DNA from: an uncultured Candidatus Saccharibacteria bacterium
Lineage (GTDB): Bacteria > Patescibacteriota > Minisyncoccia > Phycocordibacterales > UBA9973
DNA: 33,787 nt
Assembly (NCBI GenBank): GCA_964368775.1
Contig: CAYJCX010000001.1
Span: forward strand, 9,216 to 43,002
Direction: 5' to 3'
Numbering within the stretch: the stretch's first letter is position 1; each line of letters opens with the position of its first letter. A program made the translations under genes and the position numbers. The notes below the pieces were generated by a model. It was not told the DNA's origin. It saw only the letters and a list, made by a program, of their open reading frames with translations, and did not search any database. Shown here piece by piece: positions 32,863 to 33,787 of this stretch.

Positions 32863-32867
32863 CAAGT

Positions 32868-33302
32868 TTATGAATTTGCAGAAGCCAGACCTCCTGCTCC
32901 TGAAGAAATTGAGTGGTCCTTTTTATTGCGAGGGAGATCTGTGTGCTCATCTTCTTTTATCAGAATCATGTCTTTTGTGATTTCTATTATAAAACTTTCC
33001 CAGGCCATATCATGTTTCAATAATGCTTGATCCAACTCTTGGGTAAATTTGTTCACATTTTCAATGTCGGCAGATACCCAACTAACCCAGTCGATTAAAC
33101 TTTCCTTATGATCAGGACCTGTTTTAATAAAAGGACCATATTGAGATGCATAATATTGATTATATTTGATTGGCCTAAAATGTTTATTTTCTCGCCTAGT
33201 TATAATCATGGGTAACACTAATCCATTTACAACATTTTCGATCACATTAAAAATGTGCACTTTTGGAGCATTTTTGTCTTTAGGAAATTTATTCTTTTTC
33301 AT
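32868..33302 (-). CDS. Hypothetical protein (144 aa)
   Basis: Long ORF bracketed by terminator hairpins. No recognisable motif. Confidence 0.5.
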   Translation of the reverse strand: MKKNKFPKDKNAPKVHIFNVIENVVNGLVLPMIITRRENKHFRPIKYNQYYASQYGPFIKTGPDHKESLIDWVSWVSADIENVNKFTQELDQALLKHDMAWESFIIEITKDMILIKEDEHTDLPRNKKDHSISSGAGGLASANS

Positions 33303-33355
33303 AGGAGATAAGATTTTTCTTAATTATATACCTATTGCAGTAGTTGTCAAAAGAT

Positions 33356-33382
33356 AAAAAGCCTTGATAAACAAGGCTTTTA
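33356..33382 (-). terminator. Rho-independent terminator downstream of efp (symmetrical, potentially bidirectional)
   Basis: aaaagccttg / caaggctttt stem, loop ataaa. An additional AT-rich 11-bp hairpin at 33469-33494 overlaps the efp stop. Confidence 0.8.
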
Positions 33383-33485
33383 AACTATAGGAAACCTAAA
33401 AATAGATATAGGTGAGGGGATTAAATATTGTTTGTGCCTACTTCTCGCTATGCTCGAAGTCTTCGCTCGTATCTTAAATCAAGAT

Positions 33486-33787
33486 TTAAGATACTCGCTC
33501 GACGTATTCTCCAGTTTCGGTATTTATGCGTACGCGGTCACCTTCGTTAATAAACAGGGGAACTTCAGCTTGTGTTCCATTTTCCAATGTCACGCGCTTG
33601 TTACCACCAGTAGCAGAGGCACCTTTGATAGCAGGGGGAGCTTCTTTCACTGTGAATTCTAATTTAACAGGTAGTTTGATACCAATTATTTTTTCTTCGT
33701 CATCAAAATCAAAGATCATAGCTTCTACTTCACTATTTTCTTTCATGTATTTTTTAGAATCTCCAACCAAAGTCTCATCTAGCTTGA
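33486..33787 (-). CDS. efp: Elongation factor P, C-terminal part (5' end outside window)
   Basis: ...TVKEAPPAIKGASATGGNKRVTLENGTQAEVPLFINEGDRVRINTETGEYVERV is the conserved EF-P domain III. The ORF is open to the window edge. Confidence 0.9.
   Translation of the reverse strand, partial: KLDETLVGDSKKYMKENSEVEAMIFDFDDEEKIIGIKLPVKLEFTVKEAPPAIKGASATGGNKRVTLENGTQAEVPLFINEGDRVRINTETGEYVERVS

Noticed and set aside
1-33787. CRISPR arrays, prophage or transposon content, toxin-antitoxin or other defence systems
   Set aside because: The only repeat noticed by eye beyond the 9-bp tandem, the 19-nt palindrome and terminator stems is the 67-bp GT2 duplication. No integrase, transposase or Cas-like translations appear in the ORF track. 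Gene content is overwhelmingly housekeeping.

Overview
AT-rich, tightly packed, almost entirely plus-strand housekeeping segment of a small bacterial genome. The style fits a reduced CPR/Patescibacteria-like organism: weak Shine-Dalgarno use, orphaned ribosomal-protein genes, many small membrane proteins. This placement is inference only. Recognisable content in order: fusA 3' end; a MacAB/HlyD-type ABC exporter; a SIMPL protein; secE-nusG-rplK; class I ribonucleotide reductase nrdAB; an rluA-hyp-tmk-kinase operon; dut; a T-box-controlled ileS; a K+-channel-like gene; recO-like; a 628-aa membrane-anchored multi-domain protein; glyQS; two paralogous GT2 glycosyltransferases flanking a tiny membrane protein; an M16 peptidase; an AI-2E transporter; metG; tatD; rpsF-ssb-rpsR; a 3+1+3 membrane protein; a minimal M24 peptidase; the efp 3' end. 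I saw no tRNA, rRNA, CRISPR array, transposase, integrase or obvious defence system. The most unusual item is a complete histidine-phosphatase (RHG) domain inserted in frame inside the catalytic core of IleRS, downstream of a well-formed Ile T-box leader. Other notable points are an NrdB with class Ic hallmarks (Phe at the radical-Tyr site, Glu at the first metal ligand), a recurrent extended -10 box 6-8 nt upstream of start codons that implies leaderless mRNAs, and a 67-bp perfect repeat covering the promoter and 5' end of both GT2 genes. All calls come from reading the sequence and ORF translations; no database searches were run.
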